From assembly GCA_002773755.1 (NCBI GenBank), contig PFAG01000014.1, positions 6,634 to 70,633 of the forward strand: DNA of 64,000 nt. Direction: 5' to 3'. The stretch is from Candidatus Colwellbacteria bacterium CG10_big_fil_rev_8_21_14_0_10_41_28. GTDB lineage: Bacteria; Patescibacteriota; Minisyncoccia; UBA6257; Colwellbacteraceae. The translations under genes were made by a program, and so were the position numbers. The notes under the pieces were generated by a model, which worked only from the letters and a program-made list of their open reading frames with translations, did not search any database and was not told the origin of the DNA. Of this stretch, positions 39,363 to 49,167 are shown piece after piece (positions within the stretch are counted from its first letter, which is position 1; every line of letters starts with the position of its first letter).

Positions 39363-40112
39363 ATGTCAAAATATTACACCCCAAAAAGAAGCAGAAATAT
39401 ATATGAGCCTGGCTCAGAAGAACCATTTAAGTTAAGTAGGTCTAAGGTAGACATGTACCTAGAGTGTCCTAAATGTTTTTATATAGATAGACGTCTTGGA
39501 GTCGGCAGACCACCAGGATATCCTTTTAGTCTGAACTCAGCAGTCGATACACTCTTAAAGAAAGAGTTCGATACTCACAGAGCAGAGAAGAGCGCTCATC
39601 CACTAATGGAACAATATGGAGTTAACGCCATTCCATATCAGCACAAAGATATAGATGTTTGGAGAGAGAACTTTACTGGTGTCCAATATTACGATCCTGA
39701 TCTTAATTTAACCCTTACTGGAGCCGTCGATGATGTGTGGGTTAACCCAAAGGGAGAGTTAATCGTTGTTGATTACAAGGCAACCTCAAAAGATGGAAAG
39801 GTATCCCTAGATGCAGAGTGGCAAATTGGCTATAAGAGGCAAATGGAGTTTTACCAATGGCTTCTTAGAAAGAACGGTTTTGATGTTTCAGACACGGGAT
39901 ACTTCGTATATGTAAATGGAAGAACCGATCTTGAAGCTTTTGATGGAAAACTAGAATTCGAAGTTGATCTAATCCCATACACAGGGAATGATTCTTGGAT
40001 TGAACCAACTCTGAAAGAGATTAAAGAATGTCTGGATGGTGATGCCATCCCTAAATCCCACGAAGATTGTGACTACTGCGGATACAGAGAAGCAGTAAAT
40101 GACGTAACCTAG
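39363..40112 (+). CDS. PD-(D/E)XK (RecB-like) nuclease with split Cys cluster
   Basis: LSRSK, CPKC, GAVDDV, VDYKAT, QMEFY, CDYC. Confidence 0.88.
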   Translation: MSKYYTPKRSRNIYEPGSEEPFKLSRSKVDMYLECPKCFYIDRRLGVGRPPGYPFSLNSAVDTLLKKEFDTHRAEKSAHPLMEQYGVNAIPYQHKDIDVWRENFTGVQYYDPDLNLTLTGAVDDVWVNPKGELIVVDYKATSKDGKVSLDAEWQIGYKRQMEFYQWLLRKNGFDVSDTGYFVYVNGRTDLEAFDGKLEFEVDLIPYTGNDSWIEPTLKEIKECLDGDAIPKSHEDCDYCGYREAVNDVT

Positions 40113-41098
40113 TTTTCTAGAAGGTTACTTAGAACCTCTATCAGCTCCTCTTTAACCTCTGCTAAACTTTTATCCTCTACCACAAATGCGGCTGCTCTTT
40201 CGTGACCTCCGCCTCCAAAATGTTTCGCTGCTTTTTGAGCTACCGGAACATGTGCACGCATAGAACACCTTATTAGCTCTCCCGTATCACTTAAGGTTGC
40301 AGCTACCTCAACTCCTTTAAGCCACTGAATGTCATAAACAATTAGGTCAGAGGGTCTTAGCCTGCTCTCATATTTATCCATCTCCTCCTTAGTTATCTGA
40401 ACTATCCCTATAGTTCCATTTCTATACAACTCGATTCTATTAATCAGTTTTGCTTTATATTTGATTAGATCTAGGTCATATCCAGCAGCTCTATCATGAT
40501 TTCTCTTTATCTCATAGATACTGCTTCCTAGGGCCACTAACTCAGATACACTTCTTAAGTCTTTTTCTTTAACTCTTGGAATCGTCAAAAAGAGAGTGTC
40601 TAGCATAATGGAAGTCATTAACATATCTGCTATCTCTTTATCTATCTTCCAGCCCAGCTCTTTTGCTATATCAAAAACCATCTGTCCCGTTGCTGGAGCA
40701 TCTGGGTCAATTATTTCTAAATCAGAGAAGGGGATTTTATTATCCTCTTCAGGAATATGGTGATCTATTATTACAAAAGGTCTCTCTTCAAATAGCTCTC
40801 TATATTCGTTAAGTGATATGTCTGCCTCTTTTAGTCCTCCTGCATCTACTAAGATGGCTAAATCGAAGTCTGTAGGGAATTGATCCGTAACCTTTTCTAT
40901 ATTAGGAACAAAAGACAGGTTCTCTTTAATCTTTTGAGAAGTGTAAACGATTGCCTCTTTTCCCATATCCTCAAAAATCCTCTTTAAAGCTAAAGCTGAT
41001 GCAAGAGAGTCGGCATCAAGTTTATTAGGCTGAGGGAATACTATTTTTTTAGAATCTCTAAGTATCGTCTCTAACTTCTTCGATTTCTCGGTATACAT
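40109..41098 (-). CDS. DHH/DHHA1 phosphoesterase (NrnA-like)
   Basis: DADSLAS, LVDAG, IDHH, GGGHERAA. Confidence 0.9.
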   Translation of the reverse strand: MYTEKSKKLETILRDSKKIVFPQPNKLDADSLASALALKRIFEDMGKEAIVYTSQKIKENLSFVPNIEKVTDQFPTDFDLAILVDAGGLKEADISLNEYRELFEERPFVIIDHHIPEEDNKIPFSDLEIIDPDAPATGQMVFDIAKELGWKIDKEIADMLMTSIMLDTLFLTIPRVKEKDLRSVSELVALGSSIYEIKRNHDRAAGYDLDLIKYKAKLINRIELYRNGTIGIVQITKEEMDKYESRLRPSDLIVYDIQWLKGVEVAATLSDTGELIRCSMRAHVPVAQKAAKHFGGGGHERAAAFVVEDKSLAEVKEELIEVLSNLLEN

Positions 41099-41610
41099 TA
41101 CTTCTTAATCTTGTTAAGAATTTTGTAGGCGGATTCCTTAATCAGTTTTATCCCTTTGAACTTCTTAGACTCATCTATCTTCTCAATTAACTTAAATGGG
41201 TGAAGGTTGTGATAGTTTCCAGTAATTGTACTCTCTACCTTTTTATCTAAAGGACTTGGGATAGCTTTCTTAATATGATTCTTTATATGAGATGGAGTAA
41301 ATAGATATACAGAAGCTATATCATTCTTTCCACTAATTTCGTTAAGATGCTTTTGAAGGATTTTAATGAAATCATCTTCCAGCTTCTTCTTATTTTTTTC
41401 TAAAACAAAACCGGCGCCAATAGTTCTACCAAACATTCCTTTTTGCATAAAGCCCTCTTTATCTGAATAGCTTTTCTCTTCAAGTTTGAAGTGGTCAATC
41501 TCATCAATATCTCCATCATGAGCTAGAAAAAATTTTGACTCTCTAGTCCCAGAAACGATCAATAGAGCTTTCTGATTTTTAAATTGAGATAAATCTTGAG
41601 ATATATTCAT
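41098..41610 (-). CDS. host-attachment / baeRF12-like protein (tentative)
   Basis: LLIV..RESKFF; C-terminal VYLFTP..IKKAIP..V...I.GNY pattern resembles the family. Confidence 0.5.
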   Translation of the reverse strand: MNISQDLSQFKNQKALLIVSGTRESKFFLAHDGDIDEIDHFKLEEKSYSDKEGFMQKGMFGRTIGAGFVLEKNKKKLEDDFIKILQKHLNEISGKNDIASVYLFTPSHIKNHIKKAIPSPLDKKVESTITGNYHNLHPFKLIEKIDESKKFKGIKLIKESAYKILNKIKK

Positions 41611-41716
41611 ACTTTTATATTAATAATTCCTTCTCTCAAAAGCAAAGTATCCCGGGTGACTTTATGCCAAAATTACTCTTTGTTCTCCATAAGATCTTGG
41701 TGTAATATGTGTATAT

Positions 41717-42079
41717 ATGGTAAATCAAAATCATTCTCCGCTAACAGATATTCTAATCACGTGGTTAGTCTCAAGTTTAGTCATCTTGGCTGCAGCATAT
41801 ATCCTACCCGGAGTAACGGTAGATACATTTTTGGCTGCGCTAGTAACAGCTATTGCCTTAGGAGTGGTTAACGCATTCTTAAAACCAGTTCTAATCCTCT
41901 TAACCCTACCTATAAACCTCCTCTCATTGGGACTATTTACCTTAGTTATAAATGCGGGATTAATTATGCTAACTGCCATTATCGTCCCTGGATTTCAAGT
42001 AGATGGATTCCTTTGGGCACTACTTTTCGGAATAGTACTTTCGCTAACATCTGCTCTTCTACCAAGTAGTAGGGGATAG
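41717..42079 (+). CDS. YvlD/'phage holin family' membrane protein
   Basis: NAFLKPVLILLTLPINLLSLGLFTLVINA, PGFQVDGF. Confidence 0.9.
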   Translation: MVNQNHSPLTDILITWLVSSLVILAAAYILPGVTVDTFLAALVTAIALGVVNAFLKPVLILLTLPINLLSLGLFTLVINAGLIMLTAIIVPGFQVDGFLWALLFGIVLSLTSALLPSSRG

Positions 42080-42146
42080 AGACTTTTTCTTTTGAGGTTG
42101 ATGGGGTTGCTTATACCCCATTTTTCGTCTTAAATGGTTAAGGAAT

Positions 42147-42217
42147 TGCCGGATGGTGTAATGGTAGCACGCCAGGTTCTGGCCCTGGAAATTGGGGTTC
42201 GACTCCCTGTCCGGCAG
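42147..42217 (+). tRNA. tRNA-Gln(CTG), CCA not encoded
   Basis: Acceptor TGCCGGA/TCCGGCA, anticodon arm CCAGG-TTCTGGC-CCTGG, GGTTCGACTCC. Confidence 0.96.
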
Positions 42218-42294
42218 CAAAATAGGGATTCCAAAGTAACAAAAGAGGCCCTATGAGAGAAGAGTGCACTGCACCCTTTTTTATTTTAAATATT

Positions 42295-43788
42295 ATGTCA
42301 GAGAAAGGAGAAGTAATAGCAAGATTCAATAATGTATCTTTCGAGTATAGCGCTAATAAGCCCATACTAAATGAGGTTAGCTTTAGTGTACGTTTGGGAT
42401 CAAAGATGACACTTATGGGGCAAAATGGTGCTGGAAAGAGCACCTTATTCCAGCTTATTACAGGAGAACTTGTCCCCGCTGAAGGAAATGTGACCCTAGT
42501 GCCAAGGCTCTCTATAGCAATCTCTCGTCAAGCTATTCTCCCTGGGGAACTTAATCTGACAGTACGAGATTTCTTTCAAAAATGTTTTGTTGAAAAGGTG
42601 TATGACATTGATCCACGTATAGATAAAATTTTAGATGTAGTAAATCTACACGCACCCAAAGAAAAACTTATTAAAGATTTTTCTGGAGGGCAACAGGCAC
42701 GACTTCTTTTAGCATCTGCTCTAATTCAAGATCCCGACTTGCTACTTCTTGATGAGCCAACAAATAATTTGGATAAAGATGGTATTGCCCATCTGACACA
42801 GTTTCTGATTGACTATAAGAAAACAATCATCGTAATTTCTCACGATGCAGATTTTTTGAATGCATTTACTGAAGGGGTGTTATATCTTGATGTTTTCACT
42901 AAGAAAATAGAGCGATATGCAGGTAACTATATAGACGTGGTAGATCAGATTTCAGCACGCGTAGAAAAAGAACGCAGAAAGAATGCGGCGCTTGAAAGAC
43001 ATATTCAAGAGAAGAAGGATAAGGCCAACTTCTTTGCGAATAAGGGGGGTCGCATGAGGATCTTAGCTAAACGTATGCGTGAAAGTGCAGCAGAGGCAGA
43101 GGCTGAAAAAGTAGATGTGTGGCGTGAAGATAAGGCCATTCGAAACTTTAATATAGATGTTGGACAGAGCCACATTGGTGAAGTCTTGAACATAAAATCA
43201 ATTTCCATTATTAAAGATCATAAACCAGTTAGATGTGTGGCTAACATCTCTTTAGTTAAGAAGAGGCATCTACTTCTTGTTGGGCCAAATGGAATCGGTA
43301 AAAGCACGCTACTCGAGCACCTAGCAAATGACACGGAGGAGGGAGCAAAAATCGCAAAGGGAGTAAGGGTTGGTTACTATCGACAAGACTTCTCAATGCT
43401 TAATCCCGAAGAGACTGTATATATGACCCTGAAGTCGGCAGGAGACGAATCGGACGAACAGAAACTGCGTAGTACTGCAGCGGGATTTCTTATCACAGAC
43501 GACATTATGCGCACAAAGATAGGAAGCTTATCTGAGGGACAAAAAGGTCTCGTTGCATTTGCGCGGCTCGTATTGATTAAACCCAACTTACTTATATTGG
43601 ATGAGCCTACAAATCATATAAACTTCCGTCATTTACCCGTTATCGCAAGAGCACTTGATCAATATGAGGGGGCGATGATTCTTGTCTCTCATGTACCAGA
43701 ATTTGTTAAACAAATCCGCATTGATGAGACCCTTGATCTTGAACAACTGAAGCCAGCTAAGGAGCCTAAGAATAGTTTAAAAAACTAA
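42295..43788 (+). CDS. ABC-F family ATPase
   Basis: Two NBDs (GQNGAGKS/FSGGQ/LDEPTN; GPNGIGKS/LDEPTNH), no TM segments. Confidence 0.9.
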   Translation: MSEKGEVIARFNNVSFEYSANKPILNEVSFSVRLGSKMTLMGQNGAGKSTLFQLITGELVPAEGNVTLVPRLSIAISRQAILPGELNLTVRDFFQKCFVEKVYDIDPRIDKILDVVNLHAPKEKLIKDFSGGQQARLLLASALIQDPDLLLLDEPTNNLDKDGIAHLTQFLIDYKKTIIVISHDADFLNAFTEGVLYLDVFTKKIERYAGNYIDVVDQISARVEKERRKNAALERHIQEKKDKANFFANKGGRMRILAKRMRESAAEAEAEKVDVWREDKAIRNFNIDVGQSHIGEVLNIKSISIIKDHKPVRCVANISLVKKRHLLLVGPNGIGKSTLLEHLANDTEEGAKIAKGVRVGYYRQDFSMLNPEETVYMTLKSAGDESDEQKLRSTAAGFLITDDIMRTKIGSLSEGQKGLVAFARLVLIKPNLLILDEPTNHINFRHLPVIARALDQYEGAMILVSHVPEFVKQIRIDETLDLEQLKPAKEPKNSLKN

Positions 43789-43848
43789 AGAATACACTAA
43801 GAGTGATGGTACGCTCGAGGAACCCAGCAATCTGATATACTTTGATTA

Positions 43849-45096
43849 ATGGACACTAAGTCTATCACTCACGATATTACCTATCACCCCAATAAAAGGA
43901 TGGATCTTTTTCGGGCCCTTGCCGTAGCTGAACAGGAAGCCATCTTCGAACACCTCTCTCCCCATGTACGTCAGAGCATTTTAGTTAACCTCAAGGACGG
44001 TGAGATGATTGATCTATTGGACCAAATGGATCTACAGCAAGCAGAGAATACTCTGGCTGTTCTAAAAGATGAGCGACGCAGGAAGAAGTTGATTAATAGG
44101 GTCAAAAGTGAGCTAAAAGAAAAGGCAGAGTATTTTTTACGATTCCACCCCAAAGCAGCAATTTCACTTCTAAATTTCAACTACCTCCTTCTTGATGGTG
44201 GCACTAACATTAGCCATGCAGCAGATGCTATAGAAGAGCACTATAAGGAGATCGGCAAACTCCCCGAAGTCTTAGTCCACGAGGACGGCAAGCTAGTTGG
44301 AGAGATTCCACCATCAGCTCTTATTCGTGAAAGCAACAACAAACTCGTTAAAAACTTTGTGAATCCAGTAAAGACCATCTCTTATCAGGCAGAGATTCAA
44401 GAGATTGCCGATCTTTTCAATAAAACCAAGCACAGCAAGCTGGCCGTCCTAGACAGAGATGGAAGTGTCATCGGAATTATATACTCAGATGATGCCCTCG
44501 CTTTAATAGGGGATAGGTCAGCCAGATTTTTATACGACTTTGCTGGTGTTGCTGATGTGGAGCGTTCTTTTGATAGTGTGGGAAGTAAGGTAAAGAATCG
44601 CTACAAGTGGCTGATTATAAACCTAGGGACTGCTTTTTTGGCAGCATCTGTAGTGGGACTATTCGAAAATACCCTTAGTCAGTTGGTAGTGCTCGCTATA
44701 TATATGCCTGTTGTAGCGGGTATGGGAGGTAACGCGGCAACTCAAACATTGGCCATCATCGTGCGAGGCATAACAATTGGAGAGATAAGCCTAAAAAACA
44801 GCCTACCCGCTATATCAAGAGAGGTTGGAGCTGGATTAATAAATGGTGCTATCAATGGTTTAATAGTGGCCTTGGTCGCCACCTTCTGGAACGGGAGCGT
44901 CCTTTTGGGGCTTGTCCTAGGAGTTGCAATGATTGTGAATCTTGTTATCGCAGGCTTTTTCGGTGCTCTCATCCCTCTTGCCATGAAGGCTTTAGGAAAA
45001 GATCCAGCAACCTCAGCCACCATCTTCATAACTACAGCTACTGATGTTTTTGGATTTCTAGCTTTCCTAGGGTTAGCAACCATAGTTTTATTGTAA
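43849..45096 (+). CDS. mgtE: Magnesium transporter MgtE
   Basis: MgtE-N, CBS-like and TM parts; GMGGNAATQ, DPA...ITTATD. Confidence 0.93.
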   Translation: MDTKSITHDITYHPNKRMDLFRALAVAEQEAIFEHLSPHVRQSILVNLKDGEMIDLLDQMDLQQAENTLAVLKDERRRKKLINRVKSELKEKAEYFLRFHPKAAISLLNFNYLLLDGGTNISHAADAIEEHYKEIGKLPEVLVHEDGKLVGEIPPSALIRESNNKLVKNFVNPVKTISYQAEIQEIADLFNKTKHSKLAVLDRDGSVIGIIYSDDALALIGDRSARFLYDFAGVADVERSFDSVGSKVKNRYKWLIINLGTAFLAASVVGLFENTLSQLVVLAIYMPVVAGMGGNAATQTLAIIVRGITIGEISLKNSLPAISREVGAGLINGAINGLIVALVATFWNGSVLLGLVLGVAMIVNLVIAGFFGALIPLAMKALGKDPATSATIFITTATDVFGFLAFLGLATIVLL

Positions 45097-45182
45097 TTTC
45101 ATCAAAGAATATAGCTAAATAAGAGAACTCCTGATATAGTTTATTGCTCATGCCTCTAGTGCATGACTTTTTTTATAAAAAC

Positions 45183-46946
45183 ATGGGAATAAGAAACATA
45201 GCCATAATCGCCCACGTTGATCATGGGAAAACAACCATAACAGACGCTCTCATGCGCCAAACTGGTGCAACCTCTGGTGAGTCAGTCAGCATGGATAGTA
45301 ATGCGCTTGAAAAAGAGCGTGGGATCACCATATATGCCAAAAATGCATCTATGTTCTATAAAGACACAAAAATCAATATCGTTGACACTCCAGGGCACGC
45401 TGATTTTGGTTCTGAGGTTGAAAGAGTTCTCAGATCAATAGATTCAGTATTGTTAGTAGTTGATGCTAGTGAGGGACCAATGCCGCAAACTAAGTTTGTT
45501 CTAAAGAAATCTCTAGATATAGGGCTAAAACCACTTGTAGTTATTAATAAGATAGACAATCCCGCAGCAAGACCTGAAGAAGTTCACGAAGAGGTGCTCG
45601 AACTCTTTATGGATCTTGGTGCGAGCGATGATCAGCTTAATTTTGAGACCGTATACACAATTGGTAAAGATGGTATAGCTAAGAAAAAGCTTGATCAGGA
45701 CTCTAAAGATATGACGCCTCTTCTTGATGCTATATTAGAAAATATCGAACCAGCTCCATCAGAATCGGGTAAAACCCTCTTAATGCAATCATTCAACCTA
45801 GATTATGATGACTATCTAGGTCGCCTTGCTATAGCTCGAATATACGAAGGAACCGTAAGAAGTAAGGATCAGCTATTTATTAAAAGAATAGATGGATCTG
45901 TCCAAAAAGGTACTGTTACTAAAATATTCACCTTCGAAGGCTTCACTAGAAGAGAGGTTGATTCGGCTGCGGCAGGGGATATCGTGGTAATAGCAGGTTT
46001 CCCAGGTGTATATATTGGAGACACCATGACAACGGATGAATCCGCAGAGCTTCTCCCACACATTGCCGTTGATGAACCAACCATCTCCCTAGCCTTCATG
46101 GTTAACAACTCTCCTTTCTCGGGCAGAGAAGGAAAGTTCGTCACAACCTCTCAGATAAAAGAAAGATTAGAAAAAGAGTTAGAAGTTAATGTTGGTATCA
46201 AAATAGATTTTTCTCAATCAGATCAATATACGGTATATGGTCGTGGAGAAATGCATATAGCCATTCTCCTTGAGAATATGCGTAGAGAAGGATATGAGCT
46301 TCAAGTCTCTCAACCGCACGTAATTCTAAAAGAAGAAGATGGAAAAACTCTTGAGCCATTTGAGGAGTTGATAGTAGATGTCCCCGAAGAACTCACAGGA
46401 ACTGTAATTAAAAAGGTTTCTCAAAGAAAAGGTGTGCTAGCAGAAATAAAGAAGCTTCAAGTCGAATCTAGACTAATATTTGAAATCCCAACCAGAGGTC
46501 TTTTAGGTTTCCGCTCAGAACTATTAATAGATACACGCGGTGAAGGAGTAGCCTCATCAAGAGTAATGGGCTTCAAACCGCACGTGGGTGAAATCAACCG
46601 TCACGAAGTCGGTTCAATGGTATCGATGGCAACCGGCAAATCTTTGGGGTATTCGTTATTTAATCTTCAAAACAGAGGAATTTTATACATAGGACCAAAC
46701 ACAGAGGTCTATGAGGGTATGGTTATAGGAAATGTTAGTAAGGGAATAGATATGGCTGTTAATCCAACCAAAGGAAAACAGTTAACCAACATGAGGGCTT
46801 CTGGAAGTGATGATGCATTAATCCTGACACCACCATTAAAGTTAACCCTAGAAAGAGGATTAGAGATAATTGCAGACGATGAGCTCCTAGAAATAACTCC
46901 TCAGGCAATAAGATTGAGAAAAAAGGTACTAAAACAAAGGGTTTAG
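45183..46946 (+). CDS. typA: Translational GTPase TypA/BipA
   Basis: [41 protein letters not shown]. Confidence 0.97.
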   Translation: MGIRNIAIIAHVDHGKTTITDALMRQTGATSGESVSMDSNALEKERGITIYAKNASMFYKDTKINIVDTPGHADFGSEVERVLRSIDSVLLVVDASEGPMPQTKFVLKKSLDIGLKPLVVINKIDNPAARPEEVHEEVLELFMDLGASDDQLNFETVYTIGKDGIAKKKLDQDSKDMTPLLDAILENIEPAPSESGKTLLMQSFNLDYDDYLGRLAIARIYEGTVRSKDQLFIKRIDGSVQKGTVTKIFTFEGFTRREVDSAAAGDIVVIAGFPGVYIGDTMTTDESAELLPHIAVDEPTISLAFMVNNSPFSGREGKFVTTSQIKERLEKELEVNVGIKIDFSQSDQYTVYGRGEMHIAILLENMRREGYELQVSQPHVILKEEDGKTLEPFEELIVDVPEELTGTVIKKVSQRKGVLAEIKKLQVESRLIFEIPTRGLLGFRSELLIDTRGEGVASSRVMGFKPHVGEINRHEVGSMVSMATGKSLGYSLFNLQNRGILYIGPNTEVYEGMVIGNVSKGIDMAVNPTKGKQLTNMRASGSDDALILTPPLKLTLERGLEIIADDELLEITPQAIRLRKKVLKQRV

Positions 46947-46952
46947 AAACCC

Positions 46953-47060
46953 TTGACATATATATAGCAGTTGCTATAATACACTCGTTCATTAAAGACT
47001 CCGGTCTTTGATGGACATATGAAGAAATCGCCTCCGGGCGATTTTTTCACGTCTATAGAT
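46953..47060 (+). repeat. 108-bp direct repeat copy 1: promoter, twin-hairpin sRNA (about 46987-47048), terminator
   Basis: TTGACA-16-TATAAT; 13-bp and 12-bp stems both with TCCG loops; near-identical to 48715-48822. Confidence 0.9.
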
Positions 47061-47068
47061 CTCAGTTT

Positions 47069-47965
47069 CTAATCGAAGATACTAATTAGGTATTCATCTA
47101 TACCCCTTTGGCTCATATCATAAAACCCGATCCCTTGTTTGTGTAATTCCTTAGCAAGCTCTACTCCGACAAACCTCCAATGCCAGGGTTCGAATATGTA
47201 ATAGCTGTTGTCCTCTGAGTAGGATAGGACAAAGCCGTATTTATAAGCATTCTCTTGTAGCCATTGGTAGGCTTCTGTATCTCCAAATCCATTTAGACCT
47301 CCTCCCAAATTCTTAGTTGTGAAATCAATAGTTGTTCCAAGTTGGTGCTCTGAATATCCCTGATCAGCAGAGAAGGCATTGGCGCCACTGCCATATGTAA
47401 TTGAGTAACCCGACTTAAGTGCTCCTTGAGTGCCATATGATCTATATGCAGAAACTATCCACAAAGTAACCCCATCGTCAGCAGCATCTTTTATCACATC
47501 CTCTAAATAGGGAAGCACCTTAGCATGAACCTCTTTGGGCTTACTTTCATCATATAAATAGGTGAGGGGAATATTATCTAAATCTTCTGGTACGTAATGT
47601 TCATTCAAGAAATAAATCTTAGAATATTTCTGAAGAAGTTCTTCGTCTGTTTTGCTAAGCTTATCTAATATAAAAACTTGACCTGCGATATCTTCGAACT
47701 GGTTCCTAAGTTGGCCAACATATTCCTCCTTATCATTCAACTCTGCAGAAAGGTTTTCTTTCTCTTCTTTGGTTGTCTCTAGATTCTCAGTAGTTATACC
47801 AAGTTCGTCCTCTAGTTTAGCAACCCTGCTTCTTAAAGAGTCATTTTGAGTATCTAAATCAACATATTGGTAATATCCAAAACCAATAAAACCAAGCAAT
47901 ATGACTATCACTCCAATTAAGATTCCCATAGGAATAAACCTCTTTAGATTCTTAATATCTTTCAT
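47069..47965 (-). CDS. Membrane-anchored M15B D-Ala-D-Ala carboxypeptidase (VanY-like) with coiled coil
   Basis: SAYRS, SEHQLGTTID, EPWHWRFVG; start revised to 47965. Confidence 0.9.
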   Translation of the reverse strand: MKDIKNLKRFIPMGILIGVIVILLGFIGFGYYQYVDLDTQNDSLRSRVAKLEDELGITTENLETTKEEKENLSAELNDKEEYVGQLRNQFEDIAGQVFILDKLSKTDEELLQKYSKIYFLNEHYVPEDLDNIPLTYLYDESKPKEVHAKVLPYLEDVIKDAADDGVTLWIVSAYRSYGTQGALKSGYSITYGSGANAFSADQGYSEHQLGTTIDFTTKNLGGGLNGFGDTEAYQWLQENAYKYGFVLSYSEDNSYYIFEPWHWRFVGVELAKELHKQGIGFYDMSQRGIDEYLISIFD

Positions 47966-48041
47966 CAACCAAATTCTATCACAAACAGTTGTATAGATAA
48001 TATTTTGTATAAGAACACGCACTCCCTTATAATAAAGACAG

Positions 48042-48431
48042 ATGAAGGGATATATAGACAATATAGAAAAAGTCACTAAGGAAAATAACGCGTATAGAAA
48101 AGTTCTATATACGGGTAGATACAGTCAGCTAGTTGTAATGAGTCTTAAGCCAGGAGAAGAAATTGGTAATGAGGTTCATGGCCTAGACCAATTTATACGA
48201 ATAGAGCAGGGGACTGCTAAAGTAATTTTTAACAATAAAGATGAGCATGAAGTATCGGATGACTGGGCGATAGTTATTCCAGCCACAACCTGGCATAACG
48301 TAATTAATATTGGTGATAATGATTTAAAGCTCTATTCAATCTACTCACCCCCAGAGCATAAAGAAGGGACTGTTCACGAGAACAAAGAAGATGAACAAGA
48401 GGAGCACTTCGACGGAGAAACTACAGAATAG
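48042..48431 (+). CDS. Cupin domain protein
   Basis: QLVVMSLKPGEEIG.EVH..DQF, WHNVIN, YSPPEH. Confidence 0.92.
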   Translation: MKGYIDNIEKVTKENNAYRKVLYTGRYSQLVVMSLKPGEEIGNEVHGLDQFIRIEQGTAKVIFNNKDEHEVSDDWAIVIPATTWHNVINIGDNDLKLYSIYSPPEHKEGTVHENKEDEQEEHFDGETTE

Positions 48432-48436
48432 CTAAA

Positions 48437-48718
48437 ATGATGAAATTCTTATGGGTTTTAGTTGGATCGCTAATGCTCATCGTCATGGGCCTATATCTCA
48501 TGCCCTCAAAAACATCCGCTCCAGTAACTCCATATATGGACTTTGATTTTGGAAGTAAGATTGTATATACAACCGATCTCCAAACACCAAAAGAAGCTCT
48601 TATAGAACATTGCGACTTGAGAGGAGGAGTATTTAATGAGTGTGGCAGTATATGTGAGCCGGATGTATTTACTTGCGCCTCAGTATGCGCCTATACATGC
48701 GAGGGAATAGGGGGTTGA
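48437..48718 (+). CDS. Small membrane-anchored 6-Cys protein
   Basis: N-terminal TM; C-terminal C..GG.FNECGS.C......C...C...C. Confidence 0.75.
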   Translation: MMKFLWVLVGSLMLIVMGLYLMPSKTSAPVTPYMDFDFGSKIVYTTDLQTPKEALIEHCDLRGGVFNECGSICEPDVFTCASVCAYTCEGIGG

Positions 48719-48822
48719 CATATATATAATAATTGCTATAATATACTCGTTCATTAAAGACTCCGGTTTTTGATGGACATATGAAGAAATCGCCTCCGGG
48801 CGATTTTTTCACGTCTATAGAT
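48715..48822 (+). repeat. 108-bp direct repeat copy 2 (sRNA about 48749-48810)
   Basis: Differs from copy 1 at 5 positions; the only change inside the hairpins is G-C to G-U. Confidence 0.9.
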
Positions 48823-48849
48823 TTATAAAACACATAGCCAAACGTGATT

Positions 48850-48885
48850 CAGCCCTGCTAATAGATTTCTCTAGAAGCAGGGCTG
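48850..48885 (-). terminator. hairpin downstream of 36-aa micro-gene
   Basis: CAGCCCTGCT / AGCAGGGCTG. Confidence 0.6.
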
Positions 48886-48911
48886 TTAGGTTGATGGCTC
48901 ATTCTCTTTGG

Positions 48912-49022
48912 TCACCTGCTACTGATCCTCTCGTAGAGGTATGCGATGGCAACTACTGCCAAGAGCAGAGTCAGCCCAGTCGCATACGAGGCCGGTGGTC
49001 TGGTCGCCAGAGTGAAGAACAT
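48912..49022 (-). CDS. 36-aa single-TM microprotein MFFTLATRPPASYATGLTLLLAVVAIAYLYERISSR (not in ORF track)
   Basis: SD GGAGGAG 4 nt upstream; promoter TTGACT-17-TATTTT (49105-49077); hydrophobic helix. Confidence 0.65.
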   Translation of the reverse strand: MFFTLATRPPASYATGLTLLLAVVAIAYLYERISSR

Positions 49023-49167
49023 CAGACTCCTCCGATTGTACTGGACATGGGGCTTCCTACTCCCCATCTTAATTTGAAAATACAATTAATTAATACGTTA
49101 GTCAAAAAGAAAAAGTGGATGATATAATTTTCATATGGATGAAGTAGATTTTAAGAATAAGAAATAG

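Noticed and set aside
39363..40112. Cas4 / CRISPR locus
   Set aside because: The Cys pattern is 2+2 rather than the 1+3 of Cas4; no cas1/cas2 and no repeat-spacer array in the window
41717..42217. Prophage or island (holin-family gene next to tRNA-Gln)
   Set aside because: YvlD-type proteins are common chromosomal genes; no integrase, structural genes or duplicated tRNA 3' end seen
47069..47965. Vancomycin-resistance cluster
   Set aside because: A solitary M15B peptidase without vanHAX or vanRS
46953..48822. Composite transposon or CRISPR interpretation of the direct repeat
   Set aside because: No transposase, terminal inverted repeats or target duplication; only two long copies 1.76 kb apart
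48891..49127. 78-aa plus ORF in track
   Set aside because: No SD or promoter; antisense to the better-supported 36-aa ORF
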